Source: Eledone cirrhosa | Lineage: Eukaryota | Assembly: GCA_964016885.1 (NCBI GenBank) | Contig: OZ024740.1 | Coordinates: 115,940,001-116,004,000 of the forward strand | Reading direction: 5' to 3' | DNA length: 64,000 nt | In this document: positions 1 through 13,580 of the stretch, piece by piece | Layout of the letters: every line of letters starts with the position of its first letter | Numbering within the stretch: position 1 is the stretch's first letter | The notes under the pieces: generated by a model | What the model saw: only the letters and a program-made list of their open reading frames with translations | What the model was told of the DNA's origin: nothing | The model's database searches: none | Program-made: the position numbers and the translations under genes

Positions 1-243
1 GATGTTGCTATAAATATCTTATTAAATCGGATAAAAACTCCATATAGACGGAAACAATTTAGACGATCCAAACGGAGCAAACAAACAATTTCCGATCTTC
101 AGATATCTATTCTAAACGTGAATATCCAAGGATATCAGAGATATCAAAGGGAATTTGAGTTTTCAGTATCTTAAATATGGTAACTGAGAATGCTCATAAT
201 ATACATCAGCCACTGGGAAAATTATCATAGCAGCTGGTTGGAG

Positions 244-860
<617 letters not shown>

Positions 861-1097
861 TTAAACGTAGGTATGTATATATACACACATATGTTATTCA
901 GTAGTTTAGACGATAAAGCAAAATAGATGTGCTCCAAATGTTGATACGAAACAAACATATTCAGTGTCTCGCCTTCTCAGTTTTTAGCAGGAGATATGGA
1001 GGATGGTGGCAGTTTTACCTCTTTTTCTTATTTTAATTGGTATGATTGGTTAAAAAAGAAAGAACAGCAATACCACCAGCAGCAGCAACAATAACAA

Positions 1098-1270
1098 TAA
1101 TTGTTTCTACTTTTGGCACAAGGCCAGTAATTACCCAGTGTATTACTCGTGCTTTATTTTATCGACCCCGTAAGGATGAAAGGCAAAGTTAATTTCGGCG
1201 GGATTTGAACTCAGAACGTAACGGGCCATACCTCTATGCTGCAAAGCATGGTGTCCGACGCTCTACCGAT
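1098..1270 (-). mobile_element. tRNA-derived SINE, family A (core GCCTTTCATCCTTACGGGGTCGATAAAATAAAG)
   Basis: Minus strand has B-box GAGTTCAAATCCC, the shared core, and tail GGCCTTGTGCCAAAAGTAGAAACAATT followed by (TTA/TTG)n; more than 10 related copies in the window. The core resembles the Deu/Nin-type SINE central domain (from recall). Confidence 0.85.
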
Positions 1271-1317
1271 AGTAATAACTATAATAACATCATCAACAGT
1301 AACAACTACAATAATAA

Positions 1318-1512
1318 TGATTTCTAGTATAGGCACAAGGCCAGTAATTTTTTTTGGGGGGGGTCGATTAAATCGTCTCCAGTACGTTACTGGTGCTTTA
1401 TTTTATCGACCCCATAAGGATGAAAAGCAAAGTTAACCTCGGCGGGATTTGAACTCAGACCGTAAAGGACCGTAACTCTATGCTGCAAAGCATAGCGTCC
1501 GACGCTCTACTG
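1318..1512 (-). mobile_element. SINE family A copy
   Basis: Same B-box, core and tail as 1098-1270. Confidence 0.85.
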
Positions 1513-1519
1513 ATACTAA

Positions 1520-1941
1520 TAACTATAATAACATCATCAACAGTAACAACTACAATAATAACAACAACAACAACAACAGCAACAACAACAACAATAACAA
1601 CAACAACACAACAACAACAGCAACAACAACAATAACAACAACAACACAACAACAACAGCAACAGCAACAACAGTAACAGCAACAACAGTAGCAACAACAA
1701 CAGTAACAGCAACAACAGTAACAACAACCATAGTAACAACCACAACAGTAACAGCAACAACAGTAACAACAACCATAGTAACAACCACAACAGTAACAAC
1801 AACAACAGTAGCAACAACAACAGTAACAACAACATCAGTAACAACAACAACAGTAACAACAACAACAGTAACAACAACAGTAGCAACAACAGCAGTAACA
1901 GCAACAACAGTAACAACAACCATAGTAACAACCACAACAGT

Positions 1942-1974
<33 letters not shown>

Positions 1975-1975
1975 A
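1520..1975. repeat. (AAC)n / AACAGT-derived trinucleotide array
   Basis: Read directly; source of the poly-Leu and poly-Val ORFs. Confidence 0.95.
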
Positions 1976-2282
1976 AAAACGATATCAAACAACCAAAAGA
2001 CCAAAAGATAATATATATGAACGATAAATTTATGTCAGCTTCCTGGCTATGTAGCATATCTTTTTTTGTTTCGTTCTTCTCGTCTTGGTGAATATTTTAA
2101 CGATTAACACATTAGCAAAGATATGTTACTTTTTTTTTTTTTGGTTGGGTTGTTGGTTGGCGAGGTATTTATATTTTTGTCTGAAGAAGAATGAAAGAAA
2201 CCACGAACAACCCAAAAAAAGAATTATAATAGATGATCTCTCATAATATTTTTACCCATACAATAAAGGTGCCTGCTTGCTT

Positions 2283-2670
2283 ATGTGTATGTGTGTGTAT
2301 GTGCTGTTGTATGTGTAGGTGTGCCTGTGTTTGTGTGTGTTTGTGTGTTTGTGCATGTGTGTTTGTGCATGTGTGTTTGTGTGTGTGTTTGTGCATGTGT
2401 GTATATGTATGGGTGTTTGTGTGTTTGTATGTTTGTGTGTGTCTGTGTTTATGCATGTGTGTATATGTATAGATGTTTGTGTGTTTGTGTGTGTCTGTGT
2501 TTGTGCATGTGTGTGTATGTCTGGGTCTTTGTGCGTTTGTGCGTTTGTGTGTGTGTTTGTGTTTGTGCATGTGTGTATATGTATGGGTGTTTGTGTGTTT
2601 GTGCGTTTGTGTGTGTGTTTGTGTTTGTGCATGTGTGTATATGTGTGTGTGTTTGTGTGTTTGTGTGTAT
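2283..2670. repeat. (TG)-derived minisatellite with higher-order unit of about 60 bp
   Basis: Recurring GTGCATGTGTGTATATGTATGGGTGTTTGTGTGTTTG. Confidence 0.85.
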
Positions 2671-2937
2671 TAAAAGGAAAGGAAAGAGTCGATTGTCAGA
2701 TCGAGGATACAAAATTTTCCATTGGTCTTTTCATTACTATTTCCATCTGACGACACACTCCTGCTCGCATGCGCACGCACATGCATACATGCATACATGC
2801 ATACATGCATGCAGACATGCATACACACACACACACACATATATATACATATACATATATATATGTGCGTGTGTGTGTTTTTCCGTGTGTATATAGAGAT
2901 ATATATAGGCATTACCTAATATATATATATATATATT

Positions 2938-3025
<88 letters not shown>

Positions 3026-3053
3026 TAACAGATTAACGTTTAAGCAAAGAAAC

Positions 3054-3108
<55 letters not shown>

Positions 3109-3110
3109 TA

Positions 3111-3186
3111 CAGGTGTCCTCCAAAATATATACCCACTTCAACAGCATTCTAATATATATGTATATACATTTTTTGGGACACCCTG
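3111..3186. mobile_element. 76-bp Tc1/mariner-type MITE
   Basis: TA|CAGGTGTCCTCCAAAA ... TTTTGGGACACCCTG|TA; opposite-orientation copy at 8556-8631. Confidence 0.75.
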
Positions 3187-3192
3187 TATATA

Positions 3193-3252
<60 letters not shown>

Positions 3253-3622
3253 TACAAACATATATAACTGTATATATATATGACTTCAGTTATACCATAA
3301 ACGTGGTTTTGTCTTTGCGTGCAATTGTTCTCCCCGCTCCACATATGACGTATTATCTTCGTTTTTTCCGTTCATTGCCAGATAACGTCTCCACGAACCA
3401 CCTAATAGAATATTAGTCTACGACTTCATTTATACCATAAACGTGGTTTTGTCTTTGCGTGTAATTGATTTCACCGCTCCAAATAATGACGTATTATCTT
3501 CGTTTTTTTCCGTTATTTGCCAGGGAACGTTTCCATGAACCAAAGTATCGTCTTCCTGTCTTCCTTCAGTTGCAACGTTTTTCGAAATATTTACTTCTGC
3601 GTTCACAGATTGACTTTTTTTT

Positions 3623-3673
3623 AGTTTCAGAAGATCCCGTTAAGGGTGAAAGCAGCGATTCTTTGCTTAAACT
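3623..3673 (+). ncRNA. type I hammerhead ribozyme with one core substitution, in the PLE 5' pLTR
   Basis: AGTTT-CAGAAGA-TCCC GTTAA GGGT-GAAA-GCA..TGC-TT-AAACT: stem I AGTTT/AAACT; core CAGAAGA versus CUGANGA. Confidence 0.65.
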
Positions 3674-3827
3674 TTAATCTGTTATTTTAATAAATATTTG
3701 CTCTACGGTTCTTATATATTTGATATATATTTATCCTTATCGAGCCCTCTTTGGATTTTAGTCTTCAAATTTATTATTATTACTATTTGACTCCCTTGGT
3801 TGAGCACTCTATTGACTTATATTCATC

Positions 3828-5405
3828 ATGCAAAAACAACATCTAAATATTTCTACAAAGAACATACCCGTACCAAGCAGGAAAACATACCTAAAACTCC
3901 TGAAACAGAAAACGGACTCGTTCATTAAACGGTTGCGCCGGCGTGCCTTTTATTTCGATAATCAGGGAAAAGCGGACAACAAACAGGATGAATTTGGGTT
4001 TAAAACTTATAATAACCCTCCGAGTAACCCAGCATTGCTACCCTTCAAAAATGGTGTCTTGGAACTCATACGGAGTATCAAATTTCGGAATAGGAGCAAT
4101 TCCTTCCAGCAGGACCTGAAGAATAGAATTCGTTCTATTAAGGATTCTAGTGCCGTGCACGTCCACTCCAACAAAACTGGCAATCATAATGCTGTAACTA
4201 CGGATTACCGTAAAACTAATCGGAGCGTCATTAATGAAATCAACGATGCTGGGTTTAAAATCACCTCTGATCTCAACATCCTGGACCGGACTGAACCTCT
4301 GGACCCTGTTTCTCCCCACTTTACCCTGAAGCATCACAAATCCAATTTCCCGAACAACCCCTCTATTCGGCTTATTAACCCTACGAAATCCGATTTAGGT
4401 AGACTTAGTAAAAGGATTTTAGATAGAATTATACTTGAAATTAGGAATTTGGCCCCTCTTGCACTGTGGAACAATTCTTTCGCGGTGATTGATTGGTTCA
4501 ACGGCATATGCAACAAGCAACATTGCCGTTTTATCCAATTCGACATCAATAATTACTACTCCTCTATCACTTTACCACTTCTTAGAGCTATCAATTTCGC
4601 TAAAACACTCACAGTGGCTAAGGATTTCGAAGTTGATGTCATCCTCATTGCCCGCAAGTCGATGATTAATTTCCACGACTCTATTTGGATTAAAAAATTT
4701 AATAGTACCCCATTCGACGTGAGTATGGGCGCCAGCGATTCTGCGGAGGTCACTGATCTTATCGGCCTTTTTCTTCTTTTCTCTATCAAGAAAGAATTCC
4801 CCAACGTGTGCGGTCGTTTGTACCGTGATGACGGTCTTTTGACCATGACAAAGTGCGGCCCACGTGCTTGAAACAGGTTGAGGCCAATCTCTCGGTCATT
4901 AACTACCTCGATGTTACCCTCAATTTGTCGAATGGCTTGCACTACCCGTATAGAAAGCCGAATGATACGCTTAATTACATAAGTAAGCATTCTAACCATC
5001 CTGCCAGCATAACAAAGAACCTGCAAGAAACGTTTCTTTGAGGCTTTCCCGTCTATCTACAAACGAGCATATTTTCCCCGACCATTCCACATATTACAAT
5101 GAAGCTCTTGCTCGGAGTGGATTTGTCGATAAGGTAGCATATACAGAGTATGAGAATAGACCTAGAAAAAATAGATCCCGACGCAATATATGGTATAACC
5201 CACCATATAATATGGAGGTGGCCACACCATTAGCTAAGATCTTTCTCTCCCTTAATATGAAGCATTTCCTCCCAGCACATAAATATTGTAACATTTTTAA
5301 TAGAAATACCATAAACATTTCTTACTCTACGACTCCTAACCTTGCACATAACACCACAGCTTCAAATTTAGCTAAATTATCTAGCCGTAGGAACACGTGC
5401 AACCC
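3828..5405 (+). pseudogene. PLE reverse transcriptase pseudogene (pieces 3828-4871, 4853-5041, 5038-5405)
   Basis: RT motifs are split by frameshifts near 4870 and 5035 and an apparent in-frame deletion after KTGNH. Confidence 0.85.
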
Positions 5406-5466
5406 TGTAGTTAGTACTAACTATATATATATATAGTTAGTACTATATATATATATATATATAGTT

Positions 5467-5524
<58 letters not shown>

Positions 5525-5529
<5 letters not shown>

Positions 5530-6050
5530 GGAGCAAAGATAGGGAATGCGGAAGATGATGTGGTTGTGAGGAAGAGTAAAGCCTGGGCGGCGTGCCACAC
5601 CTTCAGATCGCTGTGGAAGTCGGAACATCGTAAAGACCTGAAGATCCGTCTCTTTGTTGCTGTAATGGAGTCTGTGCTGCTGTACGGTCTGAGACTTGGA
5701 CACTGACCAAGAAGCTCACTGAGGATGGCTCTGAACATAAATCAGTATACACTGAGGATGAAGAACTCAGAGCTGTATGGGAACCTGCCAAAAGTCAGCC
5801 CGAGAGTAGCCCAGAGGAGACTGAAGTTACTTGGACATGCTCACAGACATCCACAGTTGATACTGCACTCAGAGCTCCTGTGGTAGCCCCTACATGGACA
5901 CACTGGAAGAGGAAGACCGAGGTTAACATATGTTGATGCCCTAAGGACAGACACTGGTCTCTTCGAGACGCAGGACATGGCAGCGATAATGAGGGACAGA
6001 GACCGCTGGAGAGAACTCGTCCATGGATCTCGTGAATTTTACCCGCCCTA
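5525..6050 (+). mobile_element. RTE LINE 3' fragment, inverted relative to the adjacent copy
   Basis: Diverged reverse complement of 6094-6655 ([25 protein letters not shown]...SREFYPP*) with an internal deletion near 5720. Confidence 0.9.
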
Positions 6051-6093
6051 GACATATACATATATATATATGTCTATCTATCTATCTATCTAT

Positions 6094-8510
6094 CTAAGGC
6101 GGGTAAAATTCCCGAGATCCATGGACGAGTTCTCTCCAGCGGTCTCTGTCCCTCATTATCGCTGCCATGTCCTGCGTCTCCAACAGACCAGTGTCTGTCC
6201 TTAGGGCATCAACATACGTTAACCTTGGTCTTCCTCTTCTAGTGTGTCCATGTAGGGGCTCCCAAAGGAGCACTGAGTGCAATGTCAACTCTGGATGTCG
6301 GTGAGCATGTCCAGCTAACCTCAGTCTCCTCTGTGTCACTTTTGAGTTGACTTTTGGGATGCTCCCATACAGCTCTGAGTTTTTCATCCTCAGTGTATAC
6401 TGATTAATGTTCAGAGCCATCCTCAGCATTCTCGTGTAGCACCCATCCACCATCTGAGTGAGTTTCTTGGTTAGTGTCCAAGTCCCATACCCATACAACA
6501 GCACAGACTCCACTACAGCAATGAAGAGGCGGATTTTCAGGTCTCTACGAAGGTCCGACTTCCACACCGATCTCACATTGTGGCACGCCGCCCAGGCCTT
6601 GCTCTTCCTCTCAACCACATCATCTTCCGTATTCCCAATCTTTGCTCCCAAATACAGGAAGCCCTCAACCAATTCTAGCGGCTTCCCACCTACATTAGTG
6701 ATCCCCTCTGGCTTCTCAACATTCTCTACCAGATATTTTGTTTTAGTCTCATTCATTCTCAGCCCAACACTCATCGACACAGTCTCAACCTCCCGCATCA
6801 AATCCTCTGCCTCCTTCACTGTATTTGTCACCAAAACTATGTCGTCGGCAAATTCAGCATCCGATACCTTTTTCGCCCTAACTCCCCTGCTCTGAGCTGG
6901 TGCTACAGTAAAGCCAGAGTCCTGGTGTTTCTCCAGTGAAAGGCGCATACAATAGTCCACTACGATGATAAAAAGGTAGGGAGTCAATGTTTCTCCCTGG
7001 AGCACTCCAGCCAGTATCTCAAAGAACTCTGTCATCCCATCAGGTGTAATGACTTGGGCTTTGGTGTTGGTGTAGAGCAGTGATATAAGGTCCACTATTT
7101 TCTTGGGGATTCCATAAGCCTGTAAGATCTTCATCAGGCAGTAACGGTCCACAGAATCAAAGGCCTTCCTAAAGTCAATGAAAACCATGACCGCAGGAAG
7201 GCACTTTGCTCTAGCTCCCTCTAATATCTTCCTCAGCATCAGGATGTGACTGGTGGTTGATCTACCCTCTCTGAAGCCGTTCTGGTTGTCCCTGAGCTTC
7301 TTCTCCATCTCAGGCTGGATCCTGTTAAGAATCATCCCGTTGAGGGTCTTTGCCACAAGTGACGTCAGTGAGATCCCCCTGTAGTTGTTGGTGTTAGAGA
7401 GATCTCCCTTCTTTGGCACTGGGACGATGTTACTGATCCTCCACTGATTCGGGGCAACTCCTTTTTCCAGTGCCCCGTTACAGAACCCCAGGATAATATC
7501 ATCAAAATCACACCTCTTCATCACCTCTGATGCCACTCCATCTTCTCCATGAGCCTTGCCCTCCTTGATCCTCTTCTTGGCTCTCTGAAGCTCCTCTCTG
7601 GTGAAGGGCTCTGTCTCAACATCCAGTTCCTCAAACAGCCGCCTGATCTCCCCAGTGCTCTGTGCTGTGGAGGGTGGCTCTCCTAGTAGGGTCCTAAAAT
7701 GGTCTAGCCATTTCCTCTTCCTATCCTCGGGCCCTGTTCCCTGGACTTGACTCGAACACCTTCTCTTCCTCCCTGTGATCTCGTTGATGATCATCCAGCT
7801 CTTCTTACATACAGATCTGTCAACCGCTCTCTCCACACTTCTGATCTTCTCTATCAGTGCCTCCTCTCTGACCTCAGTGTAAGCGGTACAGAGCTCTTCC
7901 CTCATCACCTCCACAGTCTCCATCCTCTCCTCCGTAGGATCAGCATAGAATTGGTCCTTGGCAGGTTTCAGGTGTTCTCTGGCTGCACACACCTTTGGGT
8001 TTGCAGAGCTGACGTGCTTCCCTTTGTTCTTTTTCCTCGGCACCAGTGTTTCACTTGCTTCCGCCACTGCATTGGTGAAGTGCCCGTACCTCCTCGTCAC
8101 ACTCTTCTCAGTCCATCCAATCTCTCTCTCCTCTGACTCTCCACACAGAGCACTAAACCTGTTTCTCACTTCCACTGTGAACCTCTCCTGTAGCTTATCA
8201 TCTTCCTTGAAAGCTCCCCAGTCATAGATTGCTCTCCGGGGCCGAGCCTTGCTCTTTCTTAAGCTCACCCGGACCTCACTCATAACAAGCCGGTGGTCAC
8301 TACCCAGTGTACTGAAATAGTTGTATGGTTCTGTGTTCAGAACACTATTCCGCCACTTTTTCCTCACCAGAATGAAATCAATCTGGGACTTGGACAGGTG
8401 CATATCTGAGATGTAGGTCCACATCTTCCCCAGATTCTTCCTAAACCTTAGGCTGGCCGCCATCAAGTTCGCCTCCAGCAGGGTGTCTCTCAGTAGTCTT
8501 CCATTTCTTC
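6094..8510 (-). CDS. RTE-clade LINE ORF: C-terminal part of the APE endonuclease plus reverse transcriptase, 5'-truncated
   Basis: [11 protein letters not shown] (APE); [65 protein letters not shown]. About 800 uninterrupted codons; the annotated ORF start at 8760 lies in microsatellite. Confidence 0.92.
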
Positions 8511-8555
8511 CATATATATATGTATATATATATATACAGCATTCTAATATATATA

Positions 8556-8628
8556 CAGGGTGTCCCAAAAATGTATATACATATATATTAGAATGCTGTT
8601 GAAGTGGGTATACATATTTTGGGACACC

Positions 8629-8631
<3 letters not shown>
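8556..8631. mobile_element. 76-bp Tc1/mariner-type MITE (partial extra copy at 8697-8742)
   Basis: TA|CAGGGTGTCCCAAAA ... TTTTGGGACACCCTG|TA, perfect 15-bp TIR and TA flanks. Confidence 0.8.
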
Positions 8632-8700
<69 letters not shown>

Positions 8701-8763
8701 CATTCTAATATATGTGTATATACATTTTTTGGGACACCATGTATATATATATACATACATATA

Positions 8764-8856
<93 letters not shown>

Positions 8857-9597
8857 TCTCTGCTATTCCCCCTCTCTCACATCCTCCCGTCTGACCTGTG
8901 TGAAATCCTTTTCTCACTCACATTTCACAGGGTCTGGACGTGTCTTCTCTTCTCGTCCACGATTTGATCGAACTTAACTTCACAGATATCACGGACTCGC
9001 TTCTCTTCTTCCCCTCTTTCCGTTGCCATTACCATCTCTGTTTGTTTACATGTCTCGCTTTCTACACCCAATTCTACCTGTCCCAATAACTTTTTTTAGT
9101 TATTGCTCGCAACAGCCTGAAGTATATTATGGTCTTTAATGCGAAGAAATACCAATGATGGCTGGAAGATCACTGATGACGACCAGTCCTGTCTTCTTGT
9201 TCTAATTTTATTCATATGTATCCCATTTGCAACAACGCAGCACGCCATTTTTCATATATATTTATATATATATATACAGTTAAATATGTTTGTATAAATG
9301 TATTTAGATACCAATAATTATGTGGGAATGTGATATTTTTATTTGTATAGTTTTTTCCTTATCGCTGCTAAATAGACTATCTACTCGTGCTTGATAGTCT
9401 ACTTTGAAGAGTTCCTCTGTAATTCTTTGTTGTCTTTTTTTCGACTGATATTCTTAGCACAGAAACTAAAGAAAATGAAAATGACTGTCATTTGTGCTTT
9501 AAAGCCCCTTTGTTTCAATTGTTGTAAACAGATTGGGTTTCCTGTGGAAGAAATCTCACTCCTCTTTTGTACTCTTTCTAGATAAAAAAAAGTATGC

Positions 9598-9631
<34 letters not shown>

Positions 9632-9790
9632 ACCGCGAAGGGGCTGCTTTCGGTTATTTGTCGAAGATTTCTTCATAGGAGCCTTTATTCTTATAGCTTG
9701 GTCTAATTGATTTTTTATATGGTTAATTATACTAATTGGGAGAGGAAATGGTATATATTATATCTAGTGATTCTAAAGACATATTTTATG

Positions 9791-9906
<116 letters not shown>

Positions 9907-10014
9907 ATGTCTGTGACCTTGGGTGTATTGATCAGACGACATGATAGAAAAAGGTCTTGTAAATGTTACAATTTAGATTAAAGGGTATAAAATAATAACA
10001 ACAACAACAATGGT

Positions 10015-10215
10015 GTTTACTATAGGCACACGGCCTATTTAGCGAGAAGGGAAAGTCGATTAAATCGATCCCAGTGCATTACTGGTTCTTTATCTTATCG
10101 ACCTCGCAAGGATGAAAGGCAAAGTTAACCTCGGCGAGATTTGTACTCAGAACGCAAAGGGCCGTAACTCTATGCTACAAAGCATGTTGTCCGATGCTCT
10201 ACCGATACTGCCAAT
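10015..10215 (-). mobile_element. SINE family A copy
   Basis: ATCGACCTCGCAAGGATGAAAGGCAAAG core plus tRNA-like head. Confidence 0.8.
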
Positions 10216-10479
10216 CCACAATAATAATAATGCATTCGTGAGTGAATAATAATAATATCATAATAGTATTATTAATATTCGATTCGTTTGCAAGCAAACA
10301 GCCTTATTACACCATGTGTTCTAGATGACTAACATCATCATTTTGTTTCAGCGGTTGCATAGAGAAAAAAATCTACAATTGTTTCGGGGTTATTGCCCCC
10401 TATCAAGACTGTGTATTTCTCCCTTTCCTGCTACACACTGGAACTCTTGAGAATATATAGTATTCTCTAAAGTATACAT

Positions 10480-10680
10480 CGGCACAAAGCAAACAATTTT
10501 GGGGAGAGGGTAAGTCGGTTAAATCAACCCCAGGGCTTTACTGGTACTTTATTTTATCGACCCTGAAAGGATGAAAGGCAAAACTGGCCTCGACGGGATA
10601 TCAACCCAGGCTGTAAAGAGCCGGAATAAATACCGTAAAGCCTTTTCTCCAACATTCTAACGATTTTGCCAATCAACCGC
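10480..10680 (-). mobile_element. SINE family A copy (older)
   Basis: ATCGACCCTGAAAGGATGAAAGGC core. Confidence 0.75.
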
Positions 10681-10904
10681 TCCTTTATTATTATTATCAT
10701 TTTAAAAATTGTTATAGGAGCTTTAAGGACAATGGTTAGAATTTGAATGGTAGGTTTAAAATGTTGGATATAAGGGTGAATTTCCGGACACTTCAGATTT
10801 TAAGTTTGTTTGGAACTGCAAAAATCACAGCAAAGGTGCTAGCTATACATAAGGCTTACACGAGACAGCTTGATATTTAGCAAGCCAAATATCAGCAGAG
10901 GAAG

Positions 10905-11240
10905 AATAAAATGTAAGTTCAAAGTCAACCGACCAGATATTGTAGTCAAAGACCACAAAGAAAAGAAATGCCTTCAAACTGACGCATCAGTCTCCACAGA
11001 CGATAATATATCTATCAAGATTTTGGAGATGTTACCGAAATATAAAAATCTGGAGATAGAAATAACTCGAATGTGGATGATGAAATGATAGCTGTTCTTG
11101 GAATGATAAAAAAACCCCAGACACAACCAAAAACCCAGCACTACTAGACACAGCAGACATATTAGAATGAGTACCCTCAATACAATATAAATAATACTAA
11201 CAAAAACAACACTGCATGTACCCAAGGTACCCAGAGCTGT
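10905..11240 (+). mobile_element. old R4/Dong-type LINE fragment (restriction-like endonuclease)
   Basis: NRPDIVVKDHKEKKC..D....D.NIS.K..E..KYKNLEIEITRMW is an RLE PD..D..K motif. Confidence 0.7.
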
Positions 11241-11394
11241 GCTCGGTAATGCAGTGATAGCACGCAATAAAAATAAGACAAATAATAATAATGATGGTAT
11301 CTGATTTAGGCACAAGGCCAACTATATTTGGGGAAGGGAAAGTTGATTAAATCGACCCGAGTTATTTACTGGTACATTATTTTATCGACCCTGG

Positions 11395-12025
11395 CCTGGC
11401 AGTGTTACTAGGGGTAGCGACTGCCAATTCGTTGTAAATTCTCCAGACACGGAAGTGCTGTCACACGGACCTGTCATTGATGCGCACAGAGCGACGAAAG
11501 CGCTGTGCACGAATTCGTTCAAATTCAGGTATTGCTGACTTGTGGAGTTTTGTCGAACAACTATTGTCACGTGTAAGATGGATCCGGCTGTCAACATAGT
11601 GCATTGTGAAGATCGCCCCGCCATCTTCTTTTGTCTGGTGACTGTGGCGAAAGAGGTTGTGTGGTGGATGCGGTTGAAAAGACTCTCATCAACTATTTCA
11701 AGCTCCGTTTGAAAAGGACGGTGAGGGAGAGAGAGGAGTGCTATCCCACATCACATTTGTTAAAAGATGGGTGAATGTAATGGGCCTACTCTGAGGATGT
11801 GTCTGGAAAGTTCAGAGAGGTGCTCTAGGCGATTAGGGTGGTTTCTGGTTTGTAGAGTTCCTAAATCACCCTGTATAGTACTCCTCCCTACTGGGAAATT
11901 CTGTTGTTTGTATTTTATTGGACATTATTACCTGTTTTATTTGTTTGCACGTTTGTTAAATTATTCATAAATCCCACTGATCCTGTTTGTTTTTATTCTC
12001 CTAAAACCTTTCGGCCACTAAAGAA
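11395..12025 (+). mobile_element. old L1/Tx1-clade LINE 3' fragment
   Basis: GTGGCGAAAGAGGTTGTGTGGTGG and AGATGGGTGAATGT are homologous to the 3' end of the Tx1 copies at 31.6-55.9 kb. Confidence 0.7.
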
Positions 12026-12183
12026 ATTACTATTACGTATGGTTACGAATTGTTCAGTTATTTGTAGTTAAGAACGGCATTTATAAACATGAACATTTTA
12101 CTGGTGTACTTTTACACTAACATTTGTAGTATTATATATACATATCTACTTTGTACTAATGTTTGGAAAAACTCAAGTGTACC

Positions 12184-12249
<66 letters not shown>

Positions 12250-12371
12250 CACACACACACGTGTATGTATATATATATATATAAATATATATATACATAC
12301 ATTCATACGTACATATATGTATGTATGTGTGTCTGTATGTTTCTATCTATCTACCTTTGTCTTTCTCTCTC

Positions 12372-12414
<43 letters not shown>

Positions 12415-12519
12415 AAGAGGGGAGGATGAAAGAACAAAAACAACACCAAAAATTCGCAAAGGTCGGGTAAGATACAAATATAGATATTAGGTTGAAGATC
12501 ATGAGAAGTCAAAACTAGT

Positions 12520-12538
12520 TAATGTATGTATGTGTGTG

Positions 12539-12637
<99 letters not shown>

Positions 12638-12664
12638 ATATAAACATATATTTGTATATATATG

Positions 12665-12696
<32 letters not shown>

Positions 12697-12708
12697 CGTG
12701 TGTATGAG

Positions 12709-12739
<31 letters not shown>

Positions 12740-13105
12740 GTATGTGCGCGCGAGAGTGTTTTTTTTACATACATGCATATATAAGTACTTTCAACATGCA
12801 CGTCCATATGTATGTGTGAATGCATGTATGTATGCATGTATGTATGTATGTATATATGTATGCATGTATGCTTGCTTTTATGCATGTAAGTATGTATGAA
12901 TGTATATATGTATGAATGTATGTATTTATGTATGTATGTATTATGTATGTATGAAAGTATGTATGCGTGTGTGTATGTATATACGTATGTATATACGTAT
13001 GTATGTGTGAATGTATGTATGTATGTATGTATGTATGTATGTATGTATGTATGTATGTATGTATGTATGTATGTATGTATGCATGTATGAACGTATGTAA
13101 TATAC
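12520..13105. repeat. compound (TA)n/(TG)n/(TATG)n microsatellite
   Basis: Read directly. Confidence 0.95.
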
Positions 13106-13374
13106 ATTCAAATAAATATAAAACTACATCAATGCTATTTCACAAGAGCTGTTAGGATAAGTTTAGCTGGTCGAACCAGTTTTAAAATAAGCAACAAAAA
13201 TTTGTGCTGATGTAGAAACGAGAATTCTTCGTGTTCCGTGGAATTTCTTATGTTACCGCTAAATACTCAACATTTGTGGACACAGAAGCTTTACTCAAGT
13301 GCCTCCCTTCACAATTCTCACCAAAGCGAAATTCTTCGGTCAATGTCATTTTTTAATTGGATACATCAGGTGCT

Positions 13375-13580
13375 TGAGGACGCAGCATGGGTGAATGGTT
13401 AAAAAGTTTGCTTCGCAATCATTAGGTCCCATGTACGATACCACCACGTCGCATCTTCAGCAGTTGTCATTTACCATACCTTGTGAGTGAAATTGATTTG
13501 ACGGAAACTCATAGGAAGTCTCTTTTATGGATTGTACCTGTAATTCAAAAGGTTATCGTAGAAACCAACGGAGGTCCATT
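13375..13580 (+). mobile_element. degenerate tRNA-derived SINE, family B (CORE-like)
   Basis: A-box-like TGGGTGAATGGTTA; ACCTTGTGAGTGAAATTG and TACCTGTAATTCAAA shared with 20340-20640. Confidence 0.55.

Larger units (their letters stand above)
3282..5405 (+). mobile_element. Penelope-like retroelement (Naiad-like clade), decayed and 3'-truncated before the GIY-YIG domain
   Basis: N-terminus NISTKNIPVPS..SFIKRLRRRAF; RT motifs RLINP, QFDINNYYSSI, FDVSMGASDSAEV, LYRDDGL, NYLDVTLNL, SNHP; linker IWYNPPY..NISYS. 5' region has a ~140-bp direct repeat (3282-3420/3421-3560) and a hammerhead. Confidence 0.85.

Noticed and set aside
1455-2057. Poly-Leu and poly-Val membrane-like ORFs
   Set aside because: Antisense of an (AAC)n array.
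4869-5041. TGA codons in the Penelope RT as selenocysteine
   Set aside because: Homology continues in a different frame after each TGA, so they are frameshift by-products.
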